The translations under genes and the position numbers were made by a program. From assembly GCA_017881985.1 (NCBI GenBank), contig JADGQH010000001.1, forward strand, positions 1 to 40,876: a DNA stretch of 40,876 nucleotides, given 5' to 3'. Shown here piece by piece: positions 1 through 8,418 of the stretch (position 1 is its first letter; each line of letters starts with the position of its first letter). The stretch comes from Chloroflexota bacterium (GTDB lineage Bacteria > Chloroflexota > Limnocylindria > Limnocylindrales > CSP1-4). The notes under the pieces are model-generated. The model saw nothing but the letters and a program-made list of their open reading frames with translations. It did no database searches and had not been told where the DNA came from.

Positions 1-204
1 GGCGTGCGCAGCGACTTCGATGGATCGGAGCTCGCGACGCTCGTCAGCGCGATCGGGACGGGGATCCTGCTCCAGTACTACCTGGAGCCCGGTGCCGTGG
101 ACCCGGAGCTGCTCCCGCGGGCCCTGCGAGCGCTGTTCGGGTACGGAGCCGAGCGCGTCGCCGGGACCGCGCACGTGCGCTCGGAGGCTGATCAGCCCGC
201 CTGA
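1..204 (+). CDS. TetR/AcrR-like regulator, C-terminal fragment (5' end lies outside the window)
   Basis: The reading frame is open from base 1 to the TGA at 202-204. The tail SELATLVSAIGTGILLQYYLEPGAVDPELLPRALRALFG looks like the helical C-terminal ligand domain of TetR-family proteins. The HTH part is not in the window, so the family call is tentative. Confidence 0.4.
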   Translation, partial: GVRSDFDGSELATLVSAIGTGILLQYYLEPGAVDPELLPRALRALFGYGAERVAGTAHVRSEADQPA

Positions 205-381
205 TCGTCATCAGCTCCACGAATGGAATCCCGGTCCGCCACGCTCGAGCCGACGGCGAAGGCCGGTTTCGCCGTCGATCCCGTGCTCGGCTGCCGGGAA
301 TGATCGGCGGGCCTGATCCGCATCGGTCCCGCTGGGCGAAACGGCGTGCCCGCGCCGGCGGGCTGAGCCTCTACGTCCGGA

Positions 382-410
382 TTGACACGTCGAACCGGGT
401 GCTGCAGGAT
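382..410 (+). promoter_or_regulatory. Sigma-70-like promoter TTGACA-N17-CAGGAT upstream of the antitoxin gene
   Basis: TTGACA at 382-387, a 17-nt spacer, and CAGGAT at 405-410. The ATG at 417 lies 6 nt after the -10, so the mRNA would be leaderless or nearly so. Confidence 0.35.
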
Positions 411-416
411 CGCGAC

Positions 417-674
417 ATGCGGACGAAGCGGACCTACAACCTGCCCGAAGCAACAGTCCGAACCGTCCGGGAGCTCGCGGCGACGTATGGCGTGGCAGAC
501 ACCCAGGACGGCGTCATCGAGCTGGCGGTCGACGAGCTCGCGCGACGGCTGCGCGACGATGCCGAAGCGGAGTGCTGGGCGGAGGCGGCCGGCAGCCCGG
601 GGTTCCGGGACGAGGCGGCGGATCTCGCGGCAGCCTACGACGCCGCGGACCGCGAGACGTGGCCGCGGGCATGA
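417..674 (+). CDS. Ribbon-helix-helix (CopG/MazE-like) antitoxin
   Basis: 85-aa product MRTKRTYNLPEATVRTVRELAATYG... with a typical RHH N-terminus and an acidic C-terminal tail. Its stop overlaps the toxin start in an ATGA at 671-674. The longer ORF from 300 adds only Arg/Gly-rich junk. Confidence 0.6.
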   Translation: MRTKRTYNLPEATVRTVRELAATYGVADTQDGVIELAVDELARRLRDDAEAECWAEAAGSPGFRDEAADLAAAYDAADRETWPRA

Positions 675-1072
675 GGCCGGGGCCGCTCCTTCGCTGGGCC
701 GTGGTCCGCGTCGCCCTCGATCCGGCGACCGGACACGAGCAGGCTGGGACGCGCCGGGCGCTCGTCGTCAGCTACGAGCCGTTTCATCGCTCCGGACTGG
801 CCACGATCTGCCCGATCACCGCGGCGCGTGACGTGGCGCGCTACCCGGGCGAGGTGCCGATCCCGGTCGGGATGGCGGGGCAGTCACGCGCAGGCCTGAT
901 CCTGTGCCACCAGGTCCGGACCATCTCGCTCGAGCGGGTCGAGGGTGCCCCGGATGGGTGGCTGGGTGATCCCGCGCTGCGTCGCGCCGTGCGCGGAGCG
1001 CTTGCCCACCACCTGGGCCTGGACATCCCGTCCATCGGCGATGGGGCGTTCGTGGGGAGCGAACCCCGCTAG
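671..1072 (+). CDS. mazF: MazF/PemK-family endoribonuclease toxin
   Basis: 133 aa. WAVVRVALDPATGHEQAGTRRALVVSYEPFHRSGLATICPIT...GLILCHQVRTISLERV matches the PemK/MazF pattern (DP-x-GHEQ-x-G-x-RPALVVS ... P-I-T ... V-x-x-D/H-Q-V/L-R-T/S). It is translationally coupled to the upstream RHH gene. Confidence 0.8.
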   Translation: MRPGPLLRWAVVRVALDPATGHEQAGTRRALVVSYEPFHRSGLATICPITAARDVARYPGEVPIPVGMAGQSRAGLILCHQVRTISLERVEGAPDGWLGDPALRRAVRGALAHHLGLDIPSIGDGAFVGSEPR

Positions 1073-2466
1073 CTGTCGAAGCCGATCCCCAGACCGTCGA
1101 GCGTCCGGAGCAGCCGGCCTCGCCGGCCGTCGTTCGCGTCGGCTCGGGCGAGCTCGTTTCGCACCGTCTCGACGCCGAGCGAGCGGAGCGGCTCGGGCGG
1201 GAAGGGGACCGGCCGGGAGCGGACGAAGCGGAGACGGAGGAGGTCCGACTCGGGCCGAAGGATGAAGTCACGTGCGATTCCGGCGGCCCAGCGCGAGGCC
1301 CCGACGCCCAGGCCCGTGTAGCCGAGCGCGTAGACGACCCGTCCGCCCATGGTTTGGCCCAGCGTCATCGTGAAGCGCGACGTCGTGTCGATGGCGCCGC
1401 CCCAGCGATACGGCCAGCGCAGGTCGGCCAGCTGCGGGAACGTGCGCCGCCAGTTGGCGGCGAGCCGCTCGAACGTCGCCGGCCGCCGGTCGTATGCCGG
1501 GCCCACGCCGTTGTGCGGATGGTAGACGGCGTCGAAGCCGCCCCACAGGACCCGATCGTCGGCCGTGAGGCGGAAGTAGTGGAACTGGTTGTTGGCATCG
1601 GCGAGGCCCTGCCGGTTGCGCCAGCCGATCGCGTCGTGCTGCGGCGGGGTCAACGGCTCCGACACCAGCACGTAGTCATAGACCGGCACGAAAAGCGGCC
1701 GGAGCCGCCCGAGCCAGCCGGAGTAGGCCGAGGTCGCGACAACGGCATATCGGGCCCGGATCTCGCCGGGCGCGCCGTCCGCGGCGGCCGTCCGAACGCG
1801 GATCCCGCCCGCGACACGCTCCAGCGCGGTGACGCGGGTGCCTTCGTACAGGACGGCGCCACGCTCGTGCGCGACCCGCGCCAGCCCACGTGCGAGCTTT
1901 GCCGGGTCGAGCATCACGCAGCTGTCCGGGTGCCAGGCGCCGGCGGTCCAGCGGGGAGAATGGACCTCGGCCCTGGCAGCATCGCCGTCGAGGAAGACCG
2001 CCCGCTCCCCGTGGGCGGTCGCGAGCTCGACGTGCTCGCGGAACTCGTCGACCTGCCGCGGGTGGTCGGCCAGGCTCAGCTCGCCGGTCGCCTCGAGGTC
2101 GCACTCGATCCCGTTGTCCCTGACGAAGTCGACGGTCGCACGCAGGTTCGCCATTCCCTCGCGATGGAGGAGATGGGCCTCGTCGGGGTAGTGGCGCAGC
2201 CCATTCTCCAGCCCGTGAGTGAGGCTGGCCTGGCAGAAGCCGCCGTTGCGCCCGGTCGCGCCGAACCCGACGTGCTCCATCTCGACGATCGCCACCTTCA
2301 GCGCCGGGTCCGTCTCCAGGAGGCGCAGGGCCGTCCAGAGCCCGGTGAACCCGGCCCCGATGATCACCACGTCCGCGGTCGCGGCGCCCGCGAGGGCTGG
2401 AGCGCGCGCGGGCTCCCCGGCGGCGAGCCAGTAGCTCACGGCGCGTGCGGGCTCGGCGGATGGCAT
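1069..2466 (-). CDS. FAD-dependent oxidoreductase (DAO family, amine/gamma-glutamylamine oxidoreductase-like)
   Basis: Dinucleotide-binding motif DVVIIGAGFTGLWTALRL followed by GATGRNGGF. 465 aa from the ATG at 2466 (MPSAEPARAVSYWL...). Sequence upstream of that Met is Arg/Gly-rich non-coding-looking. The stop shares a CTAG with the mazF stop. Confidence 0.85.
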   Translation of the reverse strand: MPSAEPARAVSYWLAAGEPARAPALAGAATADVVIIGAGFTGLWTALRLLETDPALKVAIVEMEHVGFGATGRNGGFCQASLTHGLENGLRHYPDEAHLLHREGMANLRATVDFVRDNGIECDLEATGELSLADHPRQVDEFREHVELATAHGERAVFLDGDAARAEVHSPRWTAGAWHPDSCVMLDPAKLARGLARVAHERGAVLYEGTRVTALERVAGGIRVRTAAADGAPGEIRARYAVVATSAYSGWLGRLRPLFVPVYDYVLVSEPLTPPQHDAIGWRNRQGLADANNQFHYFRLTADDRVLWGGFDAVYHPHNGVGPAYDRRPATFERLAANWRRTFPQLADLRWPYRWGGAIDTTSRFTMTLGQTMGGRVVYALGYTGLGVGASRWAAGIARDFILRPESDLLRLRFVRSRPVPFPPEPLRSLGVETVRNELARADANDGRRGRLLRTLDGLGIGFDS

Positions 2467-2683
2467 GGGCCGGATTCTGCCCGATGCGGGCGCGATCCGG
2501 GCGGGGGAGCCCGCGTGGCGGCGGGCGCCGACGCCACGCGCCGTCCCCGAAGTGCACGCCACGCCCCGACCCTGGTGCGCGCCCCCGCGTGCACGCCTCG
2601 TGTCGTCGACAACGCATTGCGCCAACCGAGTGGCACAATCGCACGGATTTCGCACACTGACCGGCTGCTAGCAACGGATATCG

Positions 2684-2712
2684 TTGACGAGATTCGAGAC
2701 CTGTGGCAGGAT
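2684..2712 (+). promoter_or_regulatory. Sigma-70-like promoter TTGACG-N17-CAGGAT for the aminotransferase-IclR operon
   Basis: TTGACG at 2684-2689, a 17-nt spacer, and CAGGAT at 2707-2712. The SD GGAGG sits 5 nt before the ATG at 2767. The hexamer pair is the same as at 382-410. Confidence 0.3.
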
Positions 2713-2766
2713 GGCGGCCTGCCGCAGGCATCCCACCCGCATCCATTCGCTGTCGCTGGAGGTCCT

Positions 2767-4122
2767 ATGTCCGCACAGTCCGCGGTCACCACCGTCCCCG
2801 CGCGTTCGCGCGACGTGCAGCTCGCGACCTGGCGGCGAGCGATCGACGTGATGCCTGGCGGCGCGGACTCGAACTTCCGGGCCTGGGGCGAGGACACCAT
2901 CTACGTCGACCGGGGCAAGGGCGGCACGGTCTGGGACCTCGACGGAAACGAGTTCATTGACCTGCGGATGGGATACGGCCCGGTGATCCTCGGCCACGCC
3001 GACGACCGGGTGGACGACTACGTCAACGAGCGGATGCGGCGCGGCGTGAGCTTCTCGCTCACGTCGGAGGACGAGATCCGGGCCAACGAGCTGGTCCAGG
3101 AGCTGACCGGCTGGGTGGAGCTGTCGCGCCTGACCGTCTCCGGCACGGAGGCGACGATGCACGCGATGCGCGTCGCCCGGGCATTCACCGGCCGCAACAA
3201 GATCGTCAAGTTCGAGGGCCAGTACCACGGCGTCCACGACTACGCGCTGATCAGCGTCCTGCCGAACAACATGGCGGACCTTGGCGATGCCGAGAACCCG
3301 TCGCGGCTCGCCTGGGGACGGGGCATCCCCGCGGCCGTCGCCGAGACCGTCATCCCCGCGCGGTACAACAACGTTGAGCAGCTCCGCCGGCTCTTCGAGC
3401 GCGAGGGCCACGACATCGCCGCGATCATCGTGGAGCCCGTGCTGGGCAACGCGCAGGGGATCATGCCCCAGGCCGGCTTCCACGAGGCGATCCGATCGCT
3501 CACCCGGGAGTTCGGGATCCTCATGATCTTCGACGAGGTGAAGACCGGGTTCCGGCTCGCGAAGGGCGGGGCCGCCGAGTACTTCGGCGTCACCCCCGAT
3601 CTCGGGACGTTCGCCAAGGCGATGGGCAACGGCTACCCGGCCGCTGCCTTCGGGGGCCGGCGCGACATCATGAACCTCATGCCTGCCAACGTGAGCCACG
3701 GCGGGACCTACGCCGGCAACCGGATCGCGGCCGCAGCGGCCGTCCGGACCCTCGAGATCCTGCGGGACACGGACGCGATCGCAACGATCCACAGGACGGG
3801 AGAAGCCGTCCAGGCGGGGATCCGCGCGGTGCTCGACCCGACGGGGCTGCCCTACGTGATCACCGGACACCCGTCGATGTTCGGGATCATGTTCACCGAC
3901 CGGATGCCCAGCGAGTATCGCGACTGGGCAGCCACCGACCATGAGCTGTACGACGCGATCGCGGTGGGCATGCACGCCCGCGGCGCGATGCCCGAGCCGG
4001 ACAGCCGCGAACCGTGGTTCATGTGCGAGGCGCACGCTCAGGGAGATACCGTGGACAGGATCGTCTCGATCTTCGGCGCGTCGGTCGCGGCGGCCCTGGA
4101 GGCTCGGTCGCATGGCCGCTGA
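2767..4122 (+). CDS. Class III PLP-dependent aminotransferase (glutamate-1-semialdehyde aminomutase-like family)
   Basis: 451 aa. Motifs: GPVILGHADDRV, SGTEATMHAMRVARAFTGR, FDEVKTGFRL and TFAKAMGNGYP (PLP lysine region). A good SD (GGAGG) precedes the ATG at 2767. Only the last 451 codons of the 922-aa track ORF look coding. Confidence 0.9.
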   Translation: MSAQSAVTTVPARSRDVQLATWRRAIDVMPGGADSNFRAWGEDTIYVDRGKGGTVWDLDGNEFIDLRMGYGPVILGHADDRVDDYVNERMRRGVSFSLTSEDEIRANELVQELTGWVELSRLTVSGTEATMHAMRVARAFTGRNKIVKFEGQYHGVHDYALISVLPNNMADLGDAENPSRLAWGRGIPAAVAETVIPARYNNVEQLRRLFEREGHDIAAIIVEPVLGNAQGIMPQAGFHEAIRSLTREFGILMIFDEVKTGFRLAKGGAAEYFGVTPDLGTFAKAMGNGYPAAAFGGRRDIMNLMPANVSHGGTYAGNRIAAAAAVRTLEILRDTDAIATIHRTGEAVQAGIRAVLDPTGLPYVITGHPSMFGIMFTDRMPSEYRDWAATDHELYDAIAVGMHARGAMPEPDSREPWFMCEAHAQGDTVDRIVSIFGASVAAALEARSHGR

Positions 4123-5095
4123 GCTGCCCGCCGTCCCGGCGGCGCTGCCGCCCGTGGGACTCACGATCGTCGGCGAGCCGAGCGTCGCGCCCCGGCGGCG
4201 CCTCCCGCTTCCGGTGGCCCTCCAGTCGCACGCGCCCGCGCCCGTCGCCGAGCCCGCCGCACCGCACCTGGCACCGCACCTGACACCGGTCGAGCGATCC
4301 GACTCGGACCTGCTCGACGGGAGCGCGGTCCGCTCGGTCGACCGCGCGGCGGCGCTCCTCCTGGCGCTCGGCGACTTCCCGACCGAAGCCGGCGTCACGG
4401 AGCTCGCCCGCAAGCTCGGGCTTCACAAGAGCACCGCCTCCCGGCTGCTCGCCACGCTCCAGCGGCGCGGGTTGGTCGAGCAGGACGAGGAGTCCGGTAA
4501 GTACCGGCTCGGGCTCGTGGTCATCCGTCTCGCCGAGCGCGCCGAGAAGACGCTCGACCTCCGGACCCTCGCGCGGCCCGAGCTGGAGCGGCTGGCGCGC
4601 TCGACCCGCGAGACGGTCGGGCTCGCCATCCTCGACGTGGACCGGTGCCTGACGGTCGCCCAGGTGGATGGGCCGAACATGGTCGCCTGCCCCGACTGGA
4701 CGGGGCGGACGACGCCGCTCCACTGCGTGGCGTCGGGCAAGATCCTCCTTGCCACGATGCCGGAGCGCGACGTGATGCGCCTCGCCAAGAAGGGCCTGCA
4801 GTCCTGCACGGAGCGGACGATCACGACCCTCGAGGGGCTGCTGGAGGAGCTGGCGCGCGTCCGGCGCCGCGGCTTCGCGACGGCGTTCTCGGAATGGGAG
4901 CCCGGCCAGAACGCGGTCGCGGCGCCGGTCCACGACGCCCGCGGCCGGGTCGTCGCCTCGGTGGACATCTGGGGACCGGCGTACCGGATCACCCCGGCGC
5001 GGGTCGCGGAGCTCGCGGCCGAGGCACGGGCGACGGCCAGCGCGATCTCGACCCGCCTGGGCGGCGCCGCCTGGCCGGTCACCGCGCCGGCCTGA
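4112..5095 (+). CDS. IclR-family transcriptional regulator
   Basis: HTH region SVDRAAALLLALGDFPTEAGVTELARKLGLHKSTASRLLATLQRRGLV followed by an IclR effector domain. The ATG at 4112 overlaps the end of the aminotransferase gene. A Pro/Ala-rich N-terminal extension of about 70 aa means the true start could be the GTG at 4154 or 4214. Confidence 0.85.
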   Translation: MAAELPAVPAALPPVGLTIVGEPSVAPRRRLPLPVALQSHAPAPVAEPAAPHLAPHLTPVERSDSDLLDGSAVRSVDRAAALLLALGDFPTEAGVTELARKLGLHKSTASRLLATLQRRGLVEQDEESGKYRLGLVVIRLAERAEKTLDLRTLARPELERLARSTRETVGLAILDVDRCLTVAQVDGPNMVACPDWTGRTTPLHCVASGKILLATMPERDVMRLAKKGLQSCTERTITTLEGLLEELARVRRRGFATAFSEWEPGQNAVAAPVHDARGRVVASVDIWGPAYRITPARVAELAAEARATASAISTRLGGAAWPVTAPA

Positions 5096-5197
5096 CCCGA
5101 ACGCGCGGGGCGAGCGGCCCCTCGGCCTGACCTCCCGACAGTCGGCGTCCTGCGGCCCGGCCCGCGACCGCGTCGGCCAGCCCGGCCGCCGCGTGCG

Positions 5198-7285
5198 TCA
5201 GCGCGCGGCGGTGTTCGGGGCGATGCTCGCGGCAAGCAGCTCGGCGAGATCGATCGCCTCGACGCCGGCGCCTCGATCGCCCGCCGCGCCCAGGCCGTCG
5301 CGGATCATCGTCATGCAGAACGGGCACTCGGTCACCACGGCAGAGGCGCCCGTGGCGAGCGCCTGGCGCGTGCGCTCCTCGTTGATGCGCGTGCCGGTGC
5401 GCTCCTCCATCCACATCCGCCCGCCGCCCGCCCCGCAGCAGAAGGTCGAGCGCTCCCGCCGCTCCATCTCGTGGAGCTCGATCACGGGGAGCTGCCGCAG
5501 GACCTCGCGCGGCTCCGCGACGATGCCGTTGTAACGGGCCAGGTAGCAGCTGTCGTGGAGCGTCACCGAGCGCTTCGCGGAACCGTCGTCTTCGGCCAGC
5601 GGCAGCCGCCCGGCCGCGAGGAGCCCCCGCAGGTAGGCCGCGTGGTGGACGATCTCGAATGACCCGCCCAGCTGGCCGTACTCCGTGCCGATCGTGTTGA
5701 AGCAATGCGGACAGGCGGTGATGATCGTCCGCTTCTCCATGCCGTATCGCTTCAGCGTCTCGATGTTGCCGGCGGCAAGGACCTGGAAGACGTACTCGTT
5801 CCCCAGCCGGCGCGCCGGATCCCCGGTGCATGCCTCCTCCTGGCCCAGCACGGCGAAACGCACGCCCGCGGCGGACAGGCAGGTTGCCACCGCGCGGGCG
5901 ACCTTCCGGTTCCGGTCGTCGAACGCCGCGGCGCAGCCGACCCAGTAGAGCACCTCGAGGGAATCGAGCGTTCCCTCCCGGGCCATCTCCGCGACGGTCG
6001 GCACGCGGAACGGCAGGTCCTTCGCCCAGTCCAGCCGGCTCGCGCGGGGGCTGCCCCACGGGTTGCCGGCTTGCTCCATGTTCCGGAAGGCGCCGGTGAG
6101 CTCCTGCGGGAAGCGAGTCTCCTCGAGGACGAGGTTCCGGCGGAGGCCCACGATCTTGTCGACGTGCTCGATGAGGACCGGGCAGGCTTCGACGCACGCC
6201 CCGCACGTCACGCAGTCCCAGACCGCGTCATACGGGATCGCGGCGTCCACGATCGGGACCGCCAGGGCGCCCGGCGCGAGCCGATCGTCGAGGCCGTACG
6301 TCTCGCGGACGAGCGGGCTGTTCGGGATCAGGTTCAGCCCGCGCTCCGCGTCGACCGCCAGATGGCGGATGCCCATGATCATGGCCCGCGGGTCGAGCGA
6401 CTTGCCGGTCGCGTTCGCCGGGCAGGCCTCCGTGCAGCGCCCGCACTCGGTGCACGTGAACCCGTCGAGAAGGTCCTTCCAGCCGAGGTCGGCGATGGTG
6501 TGAACCCCGAACGTCTCACCCTCCGCCTCGAGATCCATGGCCGGGAGCTCGCCGCGCGGAGCGAGCTTGCGGAAGTAGATGTTGAAGAAGCTCGTGGCCA
6601 TGTGGAGGTGCTTGCTGCCCGGCAGGTAGCAGAGGAAGGCGGCAACGAGGAGCACGTGCGCCCACCACGATGCGGCGAACACCACCTGCAGAAGCCCCGG
6701 ATCCACTCCGCGCAGGGGGGTCGCCAGCGCGTTCGCCACGATCGCGCCGGCCCGGTCGCCGGACCGCGCCGCCTCGAGGGCCATCGAGGCGAGCTCGGTC
6801 ACGACGACGCCGCCGATCAGGCCCAGGATCACGAGCGCACCGCGGGTGAGGGCAAGACGCCGCGGTCGCGACACGAGGCGCCGCCAGCCGGCATACGCGA
6901 TGGCGAGGAGCACGCCGACCGCGGCCACGTTCTGGAGCGCCGTCACGGCGCTCCACAGGGCGCCGCCCAGCGGCCAGCCGACGATCGCCTGCAGCAGGCC
7001 GCCGGTGGCGATGTCCGCGGTCCCGACCGTGAGCGCGACGAAGCCCCAGAAGATGGCGAAGTGCATGAGGCCGGCGCGGGCATCCCGGAACATCCGGACC
7101 TGCGCCAGCGCGTAGACGACGAGGCCCGCGACTCGTCTCCGAACGGACGCGAAGGGATTCGAGCGGCCGGCCGCCGCGAAGACTCGCACGTGACGAGCGA
7201 TTGCCAGGCCGAAGTAGGCCATCGCCCCGTAGAGGATCGGGAAGACCAGGACGTAACCGGGGACGTCGGCGTAGGCAGGGAACAT
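5198..7285 (-). CDS. Membrane-anchored Fe-S oxidoreductase (polytopic NarI/DsrM-like N-domain, two 4Fe-4S motifs, two CCG domains; HdrD/DsrK/GlpC-like)
   Basis: 695 aa from MFPAYADVPGYVLVFPILYG. The N-terminal part has about 5-6 hydrophobic helices with conserved His. Then come CTECGRCTEACPA and CVTCGACVEACPV, then Cys-rich CCG-type motifs YWVGCAAAFD, ITACPHCFNTIG, HDSCYLARYNG, FCCGAGGG and VTECPFCMTMI. The SD GGGAGG sits 5 nt before the ATG at 7285. Confidence 0.85.
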   Translation of the reverse strand: MFPAYADVPGYVLVFPILYGAMAYFGLAIARHVRVFAAAGRSNPFASVRRRVAGLVVYALAQVRMFRDARAGLMHFAIFWGFVALTVGTADIATGGLLQAIVGWPLGGALWSAVTALQNVAAVGVLLAIAYAGWRRLVSRPRRLALTRGALVILGLIGGVVVTELASMALEAARSGDRAGAIVANALATPLRGVDPGLLQVVFAASWWAHVLLVAAFLCYLPGSKHLHMATSFFNIYFRKLAPRGELPAMDLEAEGETFGVHTIADLGWKDLLDGFTCTECGRCTEACPANATGKSLDPRAMIMGIRHLAVDAERGLNLIPNSPLVRETYGLDDRLAPGALAVPIVDAAIPYDAVWDCVTCGACVEACPVLIEHVDKIVGLRRNLVLEETRFPQELTGAFRNMEQAGNPWGSPRASRLDWAKDLPFRVPTVAEMAREGTLDSLEVLYWVGCAAAFDDRNRKVARAVATCLSAAGVRFAVLGQEEACTGDPARRLGNEYVFQVLAAGNIETLKRYGMEKRTIITACPHCFNTIGTEYGQLGGSFEIVHHAAYLRGLLAAGRLPLAEDDGSAKRSVTLHDSCYLARYNGIVAEPREVLRQLPVIELHEMERRERSTFCCGAGGGRMWMEERTGTRINEERTRQALATGASAVVTECPFCMTMIRDGLGAAGDRGAGVEAIDLAELLAASIAPNTAAR

Positions 7286-7290
7286 CGGGG

Positions 7291-7336
7291 CCTCCCGAAG
7301 CGGCGCGTCGGCGGGTCGTGGCTCGCTTCGGGGAGG
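7291..7336 (-). promoter_or_regulatory. Hairpin in the 5' leader of the Fe-S oxidoreductase gene that pairs the Shine-Dalgarno sequence
   Basis: On the minus-strand RNA, CCUCCCCGAAGCG, a 21-nt loop, then CGCUUCGGGAGG gives 12 bp with one bulged C. The 3' arm contains the GGGAGG located 5 nt upstream of the ATG. Confidence 0.35.
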
Positions 7337-7385
7337 ATACGCGACGCGCGCCCCCACGAACGCGCGGCGTGACCGGCACGTGCGC

Positions 7386-7391
7386 TAGAGT
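7386..7391 (+). promoter_or_regulatory. -10 hexamer TAGAGT immediately upstream of the MscS start (probable leaderless transcript)
   Basis: TAGAGT (TANNNT type) ends 9 nt before the ATG at 7401. There is no SD in between and no clear -35. Confidence 0.3.
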
Positions 7392-7400
7392 CAGGCCGCC

Positions 7401-8354
7401 ATGCAGGACCTCTCCGACCGGCTGGGCACCTTCTTCTTCGTCACGGCGGGCAACGCGCTGGTCGTCGTGATCGTGGTCGTCGTCGCCTGGCTCGCCTACC
7501 GCGTCCTGGCCCGTGTCGTGCGGACCTTCGTGGCGAGGGCTGCCTCGGCACCCTCGCCCGGGGAGGGCGAGCTGGGCGCAGAGCAGCAGGCAATCCGCCG
7601 GGCGGAGCGGAGCCGGCGCCTGGAGACCGTGGCCGCGTTCGGCCTGCGCCTCGTCCGCTGGTTCACCGTTGCGGTCATCGCGTCGGTCGTCGTCGCGGTC
7701 TTCCTGCCCTCGGCCTGGACCGCCATCGGCGGGCTCGGCGTGGGTTTCGGCATCGCGATCGGCGGCGCGATCGGGTTCGGGACCCAGCAGCTCGTGCGCG
7801 ATTACCTCAACGGCATGCTCATCCTCGGCGAGAACCCGTACAGCGTCGGTGACATCGTCGCGATCGCCGGGGTCCGGGGGACCGTCGAGGAGGTGGGACT
7901 CCGGCGCACCGTGATCCGCGACATGGACGGGACGGTCCACTCGGTCCCGAACGGCGAGATCCTCGTCGCCTCGAACTTCACGCGCCGCTTCGCCCGGGTC
8001 AACGAGCGGTTCATGGTCGCCTACGGCACGGACATTGCCCGCGTCACCGCCGTGATCAACGCCGTCGGCGAGGCGTTCGCTGCCGACCCGGCCTGGGCGC
8101 CCCGCCTGATCGACACGCCCGCCGTCCTGCGGGTCGACCCGGTCGTCGACCCGGGGATCCCGGTCCTCGTCTCGTTCGCGGTCCGGCCGGGCGACCAGTG
8201 GGCGGTCGGCGGCGAGTTCCGGCGCCGCGTCCTCGACGCGTTCGTCCGGGAAGGCATCCGCCTCGCGACCTCGCAGCGGCTCCAGGTGGACGGCCCGCTC
8301 CCGATCCCGGTCGCCGACACCGACGGCGCCGAGTCCGGCGCGGAGTACACGTGA
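7401..8354 (+). CDS. MscS-family mechanosensitive ion channel
   Basis: N-terminal TM helices, then the MscS core VRDYLNGMLILGENPYSVGDIVAIAGVRGTVEEVGLRRTVIRDMDGTVHSVPNGEI. Confidence 0.85.
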   Translation: MQDLSDRLGTFFFVTAGNALVVVIVVVVAWLAYRVLARVVRTFVARAASAPSPGEGELGAEQQAIRRAERSRRLETVAAFGLRLVRWFTVAVIASVVVAVFLPSAWTAIGGLGVGFGIAIGGAIGFGTQQLVRDYLNGMLILGENPYSVGDIVAIAGVRGTVEEVGLRRTVIRDMDGTVHSVPNGEILVASNFTRRFARVNERFMVAYGTDIARVTAVINAVGEAFAADPAWAPRLIDTPAVLRVDPVVDPGIPVLVSFAVRPGDQWAVGGEFRRRVLDAFVREGIRLATSQRLQVDGPLPIPVADTDGAESGAEYT

Positions 8355-8418
8355 CGGACGGGTATCATCCGATGACGACCAGCGTCGTCGTTCGAGCCGG
8401 ACCCGGAGGTGGCCCAGC

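Noticed and set aside
1354-2766. The N-terminal ~470 codons of the 922-aa plus-strand ORF
   Set aside because: This part is antisense to the FAD oxidoreductase, whose GxGxxG motif and overall sequence are convincing. The aminotransferase starts at the ATG at 2767, which has a GGAGG SD.
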